DNA from: Nitrosopumilus sp.
GTDB taxonomy: Archaea > Thermoproteota > Nitrososphaeria > Nitrososphaerales > Nitrosopumilaceae
Length of the DNA: 64,000 nt
Assembly: GCA_965223425.1 (NCBI GenBank)
Contig: OZ245003.1
Span: 576,001-640,000 of the forward strand
Direction: 5' to 3'
Position 1 is the first letter of the stretch, and the number at the start of each line of letters is the position of its first letter. Of the stretch, positions 20,620 to 31,877 are shown piece after piece. The translations under genes were made by a program, and so were the position numbers. The notes under the pieces were generated by a model that worked only from the letters and a program-made list of their open reading frames with translations, made no database searches and had not been told where the DNA came from.

Positions 20620-20770
20620 AGGTTTAGGGGCAGTAGAGATGACATATGTGAAGCGCAGTCCGGCACTTTTGAGCCGGCGATGACGGAATCCGGCACACCA
20701 TTGGCAATCCGAATAGTCGATATGTCAAAGTCGAGTTATAGGGGTCAACTCCCGATAACTTCACAGAACC
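20620..20770 (+). ncRNA. Putative TnpB omega-RNA (reRNA) scaffold overlapping the tnpB 3' end
   Basis: Stem TGACATAT (20640-20647) / ATATGTCA (20720-20727) encloses hairpin CCGGC/GCCGG; the position between RuvC-III and the element end is typical. Confidence 0.5.
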
Positions 20771-20772
20771 GG

Positions 20773-21085
20773 ATATGACTCTGGCAGGATAAACACACAA
20801 ATTCTGTTTCTTGTGGGGGGAGCTGCCCAGATCTTCTGGGTCGTTCCAATGGTAAGAAGATGGGGACAAGTCTGGTATGGCATAGGCCTTGGAGGTACAA
20901 TCGTCTTTATCGCAATCTGGGTCATTACTAGGATCCCTGAGAACTTTATCACCGGAAGAGGGGGACGGATAAGCGACAATGGAATTCTGACCGAGGTGTT
21001 CCAGTTTGCCTTTGTTGGAATCGCAATTGCAATTCTTGTACTGCTGCAAAGTTGTTTTGATAACAAATCCAAGAAGCAAGCATAA
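20773..21085 (+). pseudogene. N-terminally truncated thaumarchaeal membrane protein
   Basis: ILFLVGGAAQIFWVVPMVRRWG...IWVITR; the frame is open back to the element end with no convincing start. Confidence 0.55.
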
Positions 21086-21153
21086 GAATTAAAAAAGATA
21101 AAAAATCATCTTCAAAATCTTTCATTTTTTATAGACAATGAAATGATGTATGT

Positions 21154-22512
21154 TTAGTTTGGTTCTGGATGTATTGTTATTACAGCATTTTTGATTTCTG
21201 CTCTAATAATGTGCTCTATCTCTGATGTCAAATCATGAACTTTTTCAATTGATAGTTCCTTGTCAAACGAACAGTCGATGTCTATTTTGAGAATATTCTC
21301 AAAATTCAGTGATACTATACGCCCAATTTTTTTGATTTCGGAGTATTTCTCTAAAATTATCTTAATTTTTTCCTCAGTTACTTTGTCTTCCAAACTTAGA
21401 TTCTCAGGCACTGTTACAAATGGTTCCAAGTGGATTGTAGCGTGCTCAATTTCAGGAATATTTTCATGAATTTTTTGCTCTATAATTTCAGAAATTTTAT
21501 GGGCCGATAACAGATTGATTTCTCTATCTACCATTGCATGCAAATTAGAATACGTCTTTCCTCTAGTTTTATGCGTACTGACATTATGTACTCCTTTTAC
21601 CCCCTCAACCCCTTTTGCAATGTCTAGAATTTTTGCATCTAATGGAACATCCTTCCAGTTTGGCTCAAAATGAATTGTAATTGCTGCATTAGAAATTTTA
21701 TTTTTTATATTTCTTTCAACTTTATCACTAATCTCATGTGCTTTATCAAAACTAGTATCCCCCCTTAATGAAATTGTAATGTCTGCAAAAATTGTATCTC
21801 CTGATTTTCTCATAAGTATTGGGTTTGCATCAATTACTCCATCAGTTGAAGTTGAAATTTCTCTAACGTTTTTTACGAGTTCAGGTGAAATAATGTCTGT
21901 TAAATCAAGAGCAGTTCTGTACACTAGTTTTACACTAAGCACTGCCAATAATCCTCCTAGAATTAACGCTGCTGTAAAATCTCCATAATAGAATCCATAT
22001 GATACCAAAACTATTCCAACGATTGCTACTAGTGTAGAACCAAGATCCATAAATGCATGATAAAAATCTGCTTTGAGAGTTGCGCCTCCGATTTTCTTAA
22101 TTGATCTTCTTAATAGAATAATCCTGAAAAAATCAACGCCAATTGTGTATAATCCGCCAATTATTGCAAATAATCCCGGTAGAATACTTGGTGGTGGACT
22201 TTGTAACCTGTTGATTGATTCGTAAATGAAAAAACAGGCAATTAGAAAAATTGCTATTCCCCCAATCAGTCCCCCCAATGATTCAATTTTTCCATGTCCG
22301 TAAGTGTGTTCAGCATCTGGCGGCTTGATTGCCATTCTTGCTGCCAAAAGTAAAACAAGAGTTACGACACTGTCTAATAATGCATGAATACTGTCTGTAA
22401 CTAGCGCTAGACTGTTTGAAATTAAACCAAAAACTAACTCTACTAAAAATGCTGAAAAAATAGCCAAGAGTGAAATTTGTAATACCTTGGTTCTTTGAAC
22501 AAACATTTCCAT
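21154..22512 (-). CDS. Cation diffusion facilitator (CDF) transporter with repeated C-terminal dimerisation domains
   Basis: DSIHALLD, PPDAEHTYGHGKIE, ADFYHAFMD, three HxEP repeats. Confidence 0.92.
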   Translation of the reverse strand: MEMFVQRTKVLQISLLAIFSAFLVELVFGLISNSLALVTDSIHALLDSVVTLVLLLAARMAIKPPDAEHTYGHGKIESLGGLIGGIAIFLIACFFIYESINRLQSPPPSILPGLFAIIGGLYTIGVDFFRIILLRRSIKKIGGATLKADFYHAFMDLGSTLVAIVGIVLVSYGFYYGDFTAALILGGLLAVLSVKLVYRTALDLTDIISPELVKNVREISTSTDGVIDANPILMRKSGDTIFADITISLRGDTSFDKAHEISDKVERNIKNKISNAAITIHFEPNWKDVPLDAKILDIAKGVEGVKGVHNVSTHKTRGKTYSNLHAMVDREINLLSAHKISEIIEQKIHENIPEIEHATIHLEPFVTVPENLSLEDKVTEEKIKIILEKYSEIKKIGRIVSLNFENILKIDIDCSFDKELSIEKVHDLTSEIEHIIRAEIKNAVITIHPEPN

Positions 22513-22600
22513 ATTTTTTGATATTTCTTATCATGTATTACAGGTTTCTGAGAAGAAATGCTACGACAACGTTATTTGTGATAATGCGAGATTTTGAAAT

Positions 22601-25600
22601 GTTGGATGGGAAATACTGGTATTTATTGGCAGTTTGGTCAGTATTTTCACTAATCCCAACTATGGATGTTGAGGCATCAAGCAATCCTAACTTGTTTGTA
22701 TCTGCAGAAAACCCTCAATTTGACAATTATTTTTCCGGCTCTATGGTAGTTGAAGTTGTGATTTATGATCCAAATCTGCAAGATATTGATGAGGGAAAGG
22801 GGGAACCTGATGTCACCCTCAACGGTAAATCATTGCGCATGGCTCAAGCAGTTGATGGTAATTGGTATGCTTATTTTGCAAATGTTGAAAAGGCAAAAAT
22901 TGCAGATTCAACAGTAGGCCTAGCTGGAAAAGGTTTGGATTTTGGAGTTTTCTGTAGCAGGGATACCCCTTCTTCTGTTCTTGGAATTTCTCTTTCAGAA
23001 ACTGATGGATTTGCAGTTCCGCAATCTGATGGGTTAACAGGCTTTACTAATGGCGCTTCTTCATTTACATCTTGTGCCGGATCTCCAGCTGGTTCTGAAA
23101 AATTGAATAATGTGGTTAGAAAAGCAAAATCAATTAACACAAATTCCAATATCCTTCCTGGACAAATCGGTCTAGACTCAGATGCATGGCCATTGATCCA
23201 ACTTTACTCTTTTGATCAGGTTACAATTAAATACAATCCTGGCGGTTCATCACAAAAAGTTTCACTTGAGTATGATGAAATTCAGAATATTTCTATGAGC
23301 CTTGATAGAGATCTTTATCCCAGTAATTCTGAAGTCTTCTTAACCATTAATGACTTTCAATTAAATCAGGATCCTACAGATGAAGATTCTTGGACATTTG
23401 GCGTTGGTTCTGGCCCATCAACATTTTATCAGGCATATGACAATTCAGGTTCTAGCTCTGCTAATGGCGGTGCAGGTTTGGTAGATTTGATCCCAACTCT
23501 TTCTAGTTTGGGATTTGAAGACAATGGAGAACTTTCTGTAAACTTGGGCTCCGTACTGGGATTAAAACCAAATGACAAACAGCCATCTACTAGCGTTTCT
23601 AATGGAGGTTCCCCAATTTTTACAGAAATTCTTACTTTGGTGGAAGATGGTCCAAATTCTGGTGTATTTGATAATGGTGATAATGCCGCTCAATCAACTT
23701 TGGGCATTTTAGCTGATGCACCTAGAGGCCAGGCTGGATCAATAACCTACAATAAACAGTCCATGTCTGTTCTAACAGGTTCTTCGACTGCTACTGTGTC
23801 CTTTGCAAATCCTAGTTTGACAATTGGCGATGGTTCCCAATCTCTAAAACCTGGAACCGAATTTCCTGTAGTTTTAGTTGATCCTGATCAGAATATCAAT
23901 TCTGGTTCACAAGATGACTTGGATGTATTTAGAGAATCATCCATAATTCCGACATTGAGGATTGGAACCCCCATCACTCTTGCAAAATCATCTGATGTTG
24001 ATTTTTATGATTTATCCACTAGTGCATTAACCGCAGGGGATTCTGCGAATTCGTCTGTTCCTGACACAAACTCTGCGCGATTAATTGTCGATACTTCTAC
24101 AGTCTCAAATGGCGATTTTGAGAAAATTTCCATAAACCTGGGAATTACAGCCTCAGAATTGCAGTCTCTCTTTATTGATACATCTCTTTCAAACTATGAT
24201 GGTACTAACTGGCTGAACTATGACTTGCGTTCTTTTGCAAATGATCTTAGAGTTTCTGATTTCACCGATACTACAATGGAGCTTTCATTTGGCTCCCTTG
24301 GGAGCTCATCTGTTACGATAGTTGATTCTGGTGATTTGTCCTCACCTAGCGGTTTAGTTCGATTAGATGACTCTGACATTTCACCTATTTCAAGTAAAAG
24401 CGGCACTGTCTATCTTGTAATTAATTTTGATTCGACAAATGATAGTGCAAGTGTTGGAACTGTTTCAAGTGAGACAGATTCACAGCCTATAGTATTTGAT
24501 TTCTTTTCATTTGGAGTTGTTAATTCTAACGATGTGAATAATGCTATCTATCGTTTTGAATTAGAAGAAACCTCTGACAATTCTGCTACTTTTGATGGAA
24601 CTGTGGAGTATTCTGTTGCAAACCAACTAAACATTTTAGATCCTCTGTTTATTCAGACTATGCAACCAATTAGTGATCAAGTGAAATTTATTGTCACTGA
24701 CAGACTAATAGACGATGAAGGAATATCCATCTCATATTATGATTTGGATCTAGTGGGAGTTTTCACAACAACTTCTACAAAATCTGATATTCACACCGCT
24801 TCAGGTGTGTTATCAACAAACTCCCAATCTTATCGTTTTGGTCAACCTGTAACAATCACATTAAATGATCCTGATCTTAATTTGAAAAGTGATCTAGTTG
24901 ACATCTATTTTGTAATCAACGATCCGCTTTCTGCAAATGTTGATACTGTTGGAAAAGATGGAACCATTTTACTTGAAGTTTTACTCAAAGATATTCGCTA
25001 CAAACGTTGTACTGTAAACGGTGTTGAACAAGGAGGTTTGGGCTCTACTGGATTTACTCTTGTTGAAACTGGAACTAGCACAGGAATTTTTGAAGGCGTG
25101 TTTAAAATGCCTTCAAAAATATGCAATAAATCTGGAACGCAGTTAATTTCTTCAGCAGGTGGCAGTCTTGATGTAAAATACTATGATTCACGGGATGCTT
25201 CTGGCAATTCCAACATATTCAGCCTACTTGACAGAAAGTCGACATCTTCATTCCACAGTTTCCCGCAACTAAGTGCATATGAGGTTGCAAAACCTCCCTC
25301 AGGAGGCGTTGAAGAAATTGTACTTTCAGGAAGTATTGAAAACCCTAGAAGAGGAGTCCCGTTAGCAGTAGCTATTACTTATCCTGACGGGAAATCTCAA
25401 AACTTTGGTTCAAGTCTTATCAGTGGAAATTACAAATCTGTAATCTCAATTAATGAAAATTCTTTATCTGGAGTTTATACAATAGAGTTGTCTTATGACA
25501 GCTCTCATGTTGGAACAGTTTCATTTGTAGTTTCAATTCCTGAAATCCCTAGTTGGATTAAAAATAATGCAAAATGGTGGTCTTCTGCCATAATTTCTGA

Positions 25601-25805
25601 TTCTGAATTCATTGATGGCATTGAATATTTGATTGAAGAAGATCTTATCGCACTTTCCTCTACAGAGAGTGTGCCCTCTGCCGAACAAGAGATTCCTGAT
25701 TGGATTAAAAATAATGCAAAATGGTGGGCCAACGATCTAATTTCTGATGAAGATTTTATAAAATCAATGCAATACTTGGTCAAAAAAGGCATAATTCGGG
25801 TATAA
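22601..25805 (+). CDS. Large secreted S-layer-like surface protein
   Basis: Signal peptide, repeated LxETxxxSGxF motifs, two C-terminal IPxWIKNNAKWW repeats; start uncertain. Confidence 0.75.
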
Positions 25806-25860
25806 TGTGGTCAATTTTTCTTTCATTGAATACATAAATACTCTCAACTCATCATTCAAA

Positions 25861-26841
25861 ATGAAAATGAGGTTTAAGGGCTTCCTAGCGTTTACGTTGT
25901 TATCACTTTCAATTTTATCTTACGGTACAGGTGGTTCTGCTTTTGCAGCTACTGATCATAATCCCGCATTGGCCGTTTCTTCTGACTGGGATGTTTATTC
26001 AAATGGCGCATCTGTTGTGATTAACGGAACTATTTCAGATTATGATCCTTCTTCTGGAAAAGGACTTATCTATACTGTAACTTCTCCTGATAATAACATT
26101 GTAACCATTGGGCAACCAACTCCAAGTTCTGATGGCTCTTTTGAAGAAACCATAATCGCTGGTGGTCCACTATGGAAGCTGGCTGGAGATTATAAATTTG
26201 AATTTCGTTATGGTGCAGACACATCTAAAATTACAATTAATTATGTTGGCGGAGAGGACGTTCAACCACCCCCACCACCACCCGTCGAACCAGAACTACC
26301 AGTCGAACCAGAACTACCAGTCGAACCAGAACTACCAGTCGAACCAGAACTACCAGTCGAACCAGAACTACCCGTCGAACCAACCTGTGGAGCTGGAACT
26401 GAACTAGTAGATGGTATTTGTCAAGTTATTGCTACTGATCCGCCACCACCAAGTGGTGGCGGTAGTTGTTTAATTGCAACAGCAGCTTATGGAACTGAAT
26501 TAGCACCACAAGTTCAGCTCTTAAGAGAAATTAGAGATAACACCGTGATGAGTACCTCATCTGGCATGTCATTTATGACAGGCTTTAACCAAATATACTA
26601 TTCATTCTCACCAACAATTGCTGACTGGGAAAGAGAGAATCCAGTATTCCAAGAAGCAGTTAAAGCATTCATTACTCCAATGATTTCAACACTATCGATT
26701 ATGACACTAGCTGAGGATGGTTCAGAAGTTGAAGTTTTAGGACTCGGAATTTCTGTGATTGCACTAAACTTGGGAATGTATATTGCAGCGCCTGCACTGA
26801 TTGGATTCAAAGTTTACAAGCACATTAAATCTAGAAACTAG
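25861..26841 (+). CDS. CFI-box-CTERM domain surface protein with Pro/Glu-rich linker
   Basis: Signal peptide; CLIATAAYGTELAPQVQLLRE C-terminal domain; TM tail. Confidence 0.85.
   Translation: MKMRFKGFLAFTLLSLSILSYGTGGSAFAATDHNPALAVSSDWDVYSNGASVVINGTISDYDPSSGKGLIYTVTSPDNNIVTIGQPTPSSDGSFEETIIAGGPLWKLAGDYKFEFRYGADTSKITINYVGGEDVQPPPPPPVEPELPVEPELPVEPELPVEPELPVEPELPVEPTCGAGTELVDGICQVIATDPPPPSGGGSCLIATAAYGTELAPQVQLLREIRDNTVMSTSSGMSFMTGFNQIYYSFSPTIADWERENPVFQEAVKAFITPMISTLSIMTLAEDGSEVEVLGLGISVIALNLGMYIAAPALIGFKVYKHIKSRN
26281..26382 (+). repeat. 18-bp coding tandem repeat (PVEPEL x about 5.6)
   Basis: Unit CCAGTCGAACCAGAACTA repeated nearly perfectly. Confidence 0.95.
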
Positions 26842-26891
26842 CTATCTAATTTCATTAGTAGGTTATTATACTGAGGCACATTAGGTAGTCT

Positions 26892-27215
26892 ATGAAAATT
26901 GAGTATGAAGAATTTGATACCATTGAAGACATCTTCATGTATATGGCATCAGCTGCCCCTCCAATGAAAAACACAATGCCCATTAATTCCTACAAGGGAT
27001 ATGTAATGTCATTTATTCCACTTAGTCCAACTACCGGAGAAACATATCTTGTGATTTATTCAAAGGGCTCCCTTGAACCCGGAATCTATGAATTTGATGT
27101 TACGTCAAAATCTTACAAAAAAGTCGAAGGTATTGAAAGGGCAGACAAAGTTTACTTTATCTCTCTGACACCAAAGCGCAACACTATAGCAGATGTTGCT
27201 ATTGAAAATCTATAA
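26892..27215 (+). CDS. Conserved hypothetical protein
   Basis: 107-aa ORF with host-like codon usage; no recognised motif. Confidence 0.7.
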   Translation: MKIEYEEFDTIEDIFMYMASAAPPMKNTMPINSYKGYVMSFIPLSPTTGETYLVIYSKGSLEPGIYEFDVTSKSYKKVEGIERADKVYFISLTPKRNTIADVAIENL

Positions 27216-28790
27216 TTTCTTTGTTTGAATCCTGGGGGCAGACACTGATCTGCTTCTTGCATATTTGTCAATTATCTCGTCAGGAGTTCTTCCATTGAAG
27301 AGGTCTTTGCACAATCCTCTCAGATATCTCATAATTGCCCAAGTTCCTGCCTTGATAATTCCGTATATGAAGACCTTCATTGGCGGCCCATACGTCTTGT
27401 TTCTGAGAATAATTGGAATAATATCATTGATCACTCGCAGATTATTTTCCCAACATTTCCAAAATAGCGTAAATTGCGCTTCATTCAAGTTTCCAAAATG
27501 CATCGAGTTTTTTTCACTAAAGTCTTGATAGAGTAATGGCGCCACTAAACCCCTAAAGTCCATCTCCCTAAAATCACTCATCATGTCTATTGTGTATTGA
27601 GTGTCATCAGGTGTTTCATCAGGCCAGCCAATAATGATTGTTGCAGCTGGGAACCAATTATTTTCATTTAGAATCTTTGCGCCCTCTCTTACAACACTGC
27701 CCCATTCTTCAGTCGAGAATGGTTTTGTTTTTACACCAAGATGTTTCTTCACCATTGCTGGTGCTACTGTCTCAATTCCCAGGTTAGTTGCAAGCCATCT
27801 TCCGGTCTCATCTTGTTTATTGATGTGTGAGATTTGTCGCATCAGTGTAGGATCTGCTGCAACTGCTGAAAATGTCATATGTGTGGTTCCAATGAAGTTT
27901 GCCCCCAATCCTTTCAGTCCTTTCCACAAATCAGTAATTGCTTCCCTGTTTGGAATAAAGTCTCTATTGTCACACCCATAAAGTAGCATCTCATCAGAAT
28001 GTAGCCAAACAGAATCAAATCCATAATCCAGGTTGGTCTTTGCCTCATGCTGCAGTCTTTCTAATGGAAGATCTTTCTTTGATCTTTTGTTTACGTCACA
28101 AAAGTCACATCCTCTCCCACATCCCCTCATCGCTTCAATCAGGGAATTAATTGTGGGGCCTTCAATAACTGGAATATTTTCAAGGTTCCTAACAAAGCAA
28201 TGCATTAATTCTGGAGCATCGCCTTTCTCTAAATCTTGGAACAAGTCTACGGCTAGCTCATCTGCCTCGCCTACAACAACTGTATCTAGTCCATGAATTT
28301 TCATTCTATCTGATTTAGCTAATTCCCATGCACCGTTACCTCCAACTACAACTTTGAAGTCATGTTTCTTTTTGAGTTGAATAATACTGGCACACATTTT
28401 TTTGAATTTCATTGCAACATAGGATAGTTTTTCTGGTGACATTGTTGTCGTTACAGGAGCCATTCCTAATGGATCCATTACGTTGATTCCTACAACTTTG
28501 GTGTCAGGACCGATGGATTTGTGTAACATTTCTGGGTGTGCAAGAAAGACATCCTCTCTTTTGTATCCCCCTTGAAGTAATGAACTCTCTACCCTTCTCA
28601 ATCCCACTTGAGCGACTTTGACTTCTCCTGTAATTGGATCTGTCTCAACTGAGGGACAGAAAACTTTGTCAAAAACCCATTCAGGAAGAACTTCGTATGG
28701 TCCACATGCGATAAAACCGTACAGAAAATTTCCTCTATAATTTGTCATTAAACTACGATCTGCAGTAAGTACAACACGTTTGCCAGCCAA
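27210..28790 (-). CDS. B12-binding domain radical SAM protein
   Basis: CGRGCDFC (CxxxCxxC) motif; VVVGG and VVGEAD. Confidence 0.9.
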   Translation of the reverse strand: MAGKRVVLTADRSLMTNYRGNFLYGFIACGPYEVLPEWVFDKVFCPSVETDPITGEVKVAQVGLRRVESSLLQGGYKREDVFLAHPEMLHKSIGPDTKVVGINVMDPLGMAPVTTTMSPEKLSYVAMKFKKMCASIIQLKKKHDFKVVVGGNGAWELAKSDRMKIHGLDTVVVGEADELAVDLFQDLEKGDAPELMHCFVRNLENIPVIEGPTINSLIEAMRGCGRGCDFCDVNKRSKKDLPLERLQHEAKTNLDYGFDSVWLHSDEMLLYGCDNRDFIPNREAITDLWKGLKGLGANFIGTTHMTFSAVAADPTLMRQISHINKQDETGRWLATNLGIETVAPAMVKKHLGVKTKPFSTEEWGSVVREGAKILNENNWFPAATIIIGWPDETPDDTQYTIDMMSDFREMDFRGLVAPLLYQDFSEKNSMHFGNLNEAQFTLFWKCWENNLRVINDIIPIILRNKTYGPPMKVFIYGIIKAGTWAIMRYLRGLCKDLFNGRTPDEIIDKYARSRSVSAPRIQTKKL

Positions 28791-28820
28791 CTACAGAACT
28801 TCGTTAAAGTATGCTATATA

Positions 28821-29615
28821 TCATTTACGAGATTGGTTGACCTCACTTTTCCTAACAGATCTGTTTGCAATATTTGCTGCAATTCCTCCGGCTGCAATCC
28901 CGTTATCAATATTTACTACTGATAATCCCAACGAACAGCTTTGAAGCATTGATGCAAGAGCAGCTATTCCTTTTTCTCCATATCCATATCCCACTGATGT
29001 TGGAATACCTATGATTGGAATGTCCACCATAGTGGAAACCAATGTGGCCAAAGCTCCCTCCATTCCGGCAGCTACTATGATGCAGTCCACATCTTCTTTT
29101 ATCATTTCTTTTAAAGCCGGAAAAACTCTTTGGATTCCTGCAACCCCGACATCATAACTTGTTATGCATTTACAATTCATGGCCTTACATACCAATCTTG
29201 ACTCTTCTGCTACCCCAATATCTGATGTTCCTGCTGTGATTATTCCTACCCTTCCTCCCTGAAATTTTATGGATTTCTTAAACAACAGCAATGATGATGA
29301 ATTTTTTCCTGTTTCCACTTTGACTTTTAATCTCTCTGCGAAGGATAATATTTTTGGATAGTCTTTTTTCTTGATTCTTGAAATAATTACTGAGTTGGTT
29401 TTTTCCAGAGTCTTCTTTGCAATTTTTTTGATTTCATCTAGCTCTTTAGTTTCTGCAAAAACTATCTCTGGAATTCCCCGTCTCTTTCTTCTGTTGATAT
29501 CGATTTTAGCAAAGCCTTCGACTTCTTCAATAGAGTATAATGAAAGGAGTTTTTTTGCATTATTAACTGAAATTTTTCCTGATTTCAATGATTGCAAAAT
29601 CTCATGAATTTCCAA
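28821..29615 (-). CDS. larB: Nickel pincer cofactor biosynthesis protein LarB
   Basis: TAGTSD, DVGVAG, AGMEGAL, PTSVGYG, VVNIDNG. Confidence 0.92.
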   Translation of the reverse strand: MEIHEILQSLKSGKISVNNAKKLLSLYSIEEVEGFAKIDINRRKRRGIPEIVFAETKELDEIKKIAKKTLEKTNSVIISRIKKKDYPKILSFAERLKVKVETGKNSSSLLLFKKSIKFQGGRVGIITAGTSDIGVAEESRLVCKAMNCKCITSYDVGVAGIQRVFPALKEMIKEDVDCIIVAAGMEGALATLVSTMVDIPIIGIPTSVGYGYGEKGIAALASMLQSCSLGLSVVNIDNGIAAGGIAANIANRSVRKSEVNQSRK

Positions 29616-29648
29616 TGATAATTTTTCTTTGTTTGTATAAAAAAAGGC

Positions 29649-30563
29649 TTAGATCCCAATGCCTGAGATGGCACTTTTTACGCTCTCAACTGCTTTCCCA
29701 AACACTTGTTTTTCTTCATCATTTAGGTCTAATTCGATAATTTTTTCTACGCCTTTCTTTCCGATAACTGCTGGAACCCCAATTGTAACATCTGAATGAC
29801 CATATTCCCCATCAATATATGTCGCAACTGGAATGACTTGTTTTCTGTCTCTTACAACTGATTCAACAATTGCAGAAATTGCATTTCCTGGGGCATGCAC
29901 TGTTGCACCTTTTAACTCGATAACTTTTGCTGCAACTTGTTTTGTATTTTGAACTAACTCTTCCAATTTTTCTTTTGAAAGAAATGACGTTAATGGAATT
30001 CCTGACACTGATGAAAATCTGGGTAATGGTAGCATATTTTCTCCATGCTCTCCAATCACCAGAGCTCTTATGGAATCACGAGAATGACCTGTTGCTTCAT
30101 GGATAAACTGCCTAAATCTTGACAAGTCAAGCATTCCACCCATTCCAAACACCCTGCTTCTGTCAAATCCTGAGGTTTTGTATGTGATGTATGCCATTGG
30201 ATCAAGTGGATTTGTTACCGGGATGATCATGGAATTATCTGCATATTTTTTGATATTTTCTACTACGCTTTTGACAATTGAGGAATTAATCTTCAAAAGA
30301 TCCATTCGCGTCATTCCTGGTTTTCTTCCAGAACCTGCAACAACTACCACTACATTTGAACCCCTCATGTCCTCGTAGTTGTTAGAACCTCTTACTTCTA
30401 CATCAATTCCTTGCTCTGATAGCATATGATTGATGTCCATTGCTTCTCCTTGTGGTAACCCCTCAACAACATCTAATAACAAAATTTGATCGTCTAACCG
30501 TTTTAATGCAGAGAATAATGCCGCATCTCCTCCTACTTTACCTGAACCAATTATAGTAATCAT
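29649..30563 (-). CDS. mdh: Malate dehydrogenase (LDH-like)
   Basis: [28 protein letters not shown]. Confidence 0.93.
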   Translation of the reverse strand: MITIIGSGKVGGDAALFSALKRLDDQILLLDVVEGLPQGEAMDINHMLSEQGIDVEVRGSNNYEDMRGSNVVVVVAGSGRKPGMTRMDLLKINSSIVKSVVENIKKYADNSMIIPVTNPLDPMAYITYKTSGFDRSRVFGMGGMLDLSRFRQFIHEATGHSRDSIRALVIGEHGENMLPLPRFSSVSGIPLTSFLSKEKLEELVQNTKQVAAKVIELKGATVHAPGNAISAIVESVVRDRKQVIPVATYIDGEYGHSDVTIGVPAVIGKKGVEKIIELDLNDEEKQVFGKAVESVKSAISGIGI

Positions 30564-30653
30564 GAATGACGCTGTTGATTTTCAATAATTAAATCTAATG
30601 AAATTCATGACCAATTAGGCGAATTTATAAGTATTTTTGATAATTTTTAATCA

Positions 30654-31877
30654 ATGGTTTTAGTAATTGATCCACAGATTGCAGGCATATCTGGAGACAT
30701 GCTTCTTTGCTCTTTAATGGATTTAGGTGCTGACAAAAATAAAATAATCAATGGAATCAAACAATCTGAAAAATTTTTCTCAAATTCCTCTATTAAAAAA
30801 CTTGATTTTCAAAAAATCCAAAAACACGGTGTTCAAGCTATGCAACTAGTTTTAGAAATTGAAGAGGATGTGCATGAAAGAAAAGGTTTGGAAATAAAAA
30901 AAGCAATCATTGATTCTACACATGCCCTTGGACTTTCAGAAAAAGCAAAAACATTTGCAAAATCTTGCATTGATACACTGATTTTTTCAGAATCTGAAAT
31001 TCATGGCATTTCTGAGAATTCTGTTCATTTCCATGAGGCCTCTAGTATTGATACACTTGTAGACATAGTTGGTATAACCATTGCATTAGAAGATTTAGGG
31101 CTGTTTGATGAAAAAATTGTCTGTTTGCCTATATCTGTTGGTGGTGGATCTATAACCTTTTCACATGGAACCATGTCAAATCCGGCAGGAGCGCTTCTTG
31201 AAATTTTTAAAGACTCAAATTTGATAATCAAGGGCAATGCTGCAAATGACGAACTCACAACTCCTACAGGTGCTTGTATTTTAGTGAATTTGACAAATAA
31301 TGCTGTGGAGTATTATCCTTCCATGAAAGTTAATTCCATTGGTTATGGTGCCGGACAAAAAGATTTTGAAACCTTTGCAAATGTTCTAAAAATCGTTCAA
31401 GGCTCTGAAAATGATTTTGAGATTGACTCAGTAAAGATTTTGGAAACAAACGTGGATGATGTTTCAGGTGAAATATTGGGAAATCTAATTGAAAAAATTA
31501 TGGGAAAAGGCGCAAAGGACGTTTCAATTTTTCATGGAATTACAAAAAAAGGACGGCCTACGAATCTTGTATCTGTAATTTGTAATGATGAAAATGTTGA
31601 TGAAATAGTTGACACACTAGTACTTGAAACTGGAACCTTGGGGATTCGAATTTCTGATTCTAATAGATTCACTGTTCCTAGAACCGTTCATAATGTCTCT
31701 CTTACTTTGAATGGACAGTCTTTTGCAGTAAATTACAAAAAATCCTCTTTTAAAGGAAAAACCGATTTTAAGATCGAATTTGATGATTTGAAGAATATCT
31801 CTAACATGCTTGACAAGTCCATCAAGGAAACAGAATCAATATTAAGAAAAGAGATTGAAAAATTGGAGAATTCATAA
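30654..31877 (+). CDS. larC: Nickel pincer cofactor biosynthesis protein LarC
   Basis: AGISGDM, VHFHE, ELTTPTGA, GYGAG, LETNVDD. Confidence 0.92.
   Translation: MVLVIDPQIAGISGDMLLCSLMDLGADKNKIINGIKQSEKFFSNSSIKKLDFQKIQKHGVQAMQLVLEIEEDVHERKGLEIKKAIIDSTHALGLSEKAKTFAKSCIDTLIFSESEIHGISENSVHFHEASSIDTLVDIVGITIALEDLGLFDEKIVCLPISVGGGSITFSHGTMSNPAGALLEIFKDSNLIIKGNAANDELTTPTGACILVNLTNNAVEYYPSMKVNSIGYGAGQKDFETFANVLKIVQGSENDFEIDSVKILETNVDDVSGEILGNLIEKIMGKGAKDVSIFHGITKKGRPTNLVSVICNDENVDEIVDTLVLETGTLGIRISDSNRFTVPRTVHNVSLTLNGQSFAVNYKKSSFKGKTDFKIEFDDLKNISNMLDKSIKETESILRKEIEKLENS

Larger units (their letters stand above)
18232..20772 (+). mobile_element. TIR-bounded tnpB-only element (interrupted by an IS630-like element and a MITE)
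   Basis: Perfect 26-bp inverted repeats CCGGTTCTGTGAAGTTATCGGGAGTT at 18232-18257 and 20747-20772. Confidence 0.85.
18240..20778 (+). pseudogene. tnpB: RNA-guided endonuclease TnpB, split in three pieces (to 18881, 20026-20048, 20151-20778)
   Basis: RuvC motifs VGIDRN, IVLENLKGIR and DRDIVAAMN; Zn finger CPQC/CNNC; removing both insertions restores one reading frame. Confidence 0.9.

Noticed and set aside
26281-26382. Possible CRISPR array
   Set aside because: No spacers; it is a coding tandem repeat. The same applies to 47279-47430. No CRISPR array or cas gene was seen in the window.
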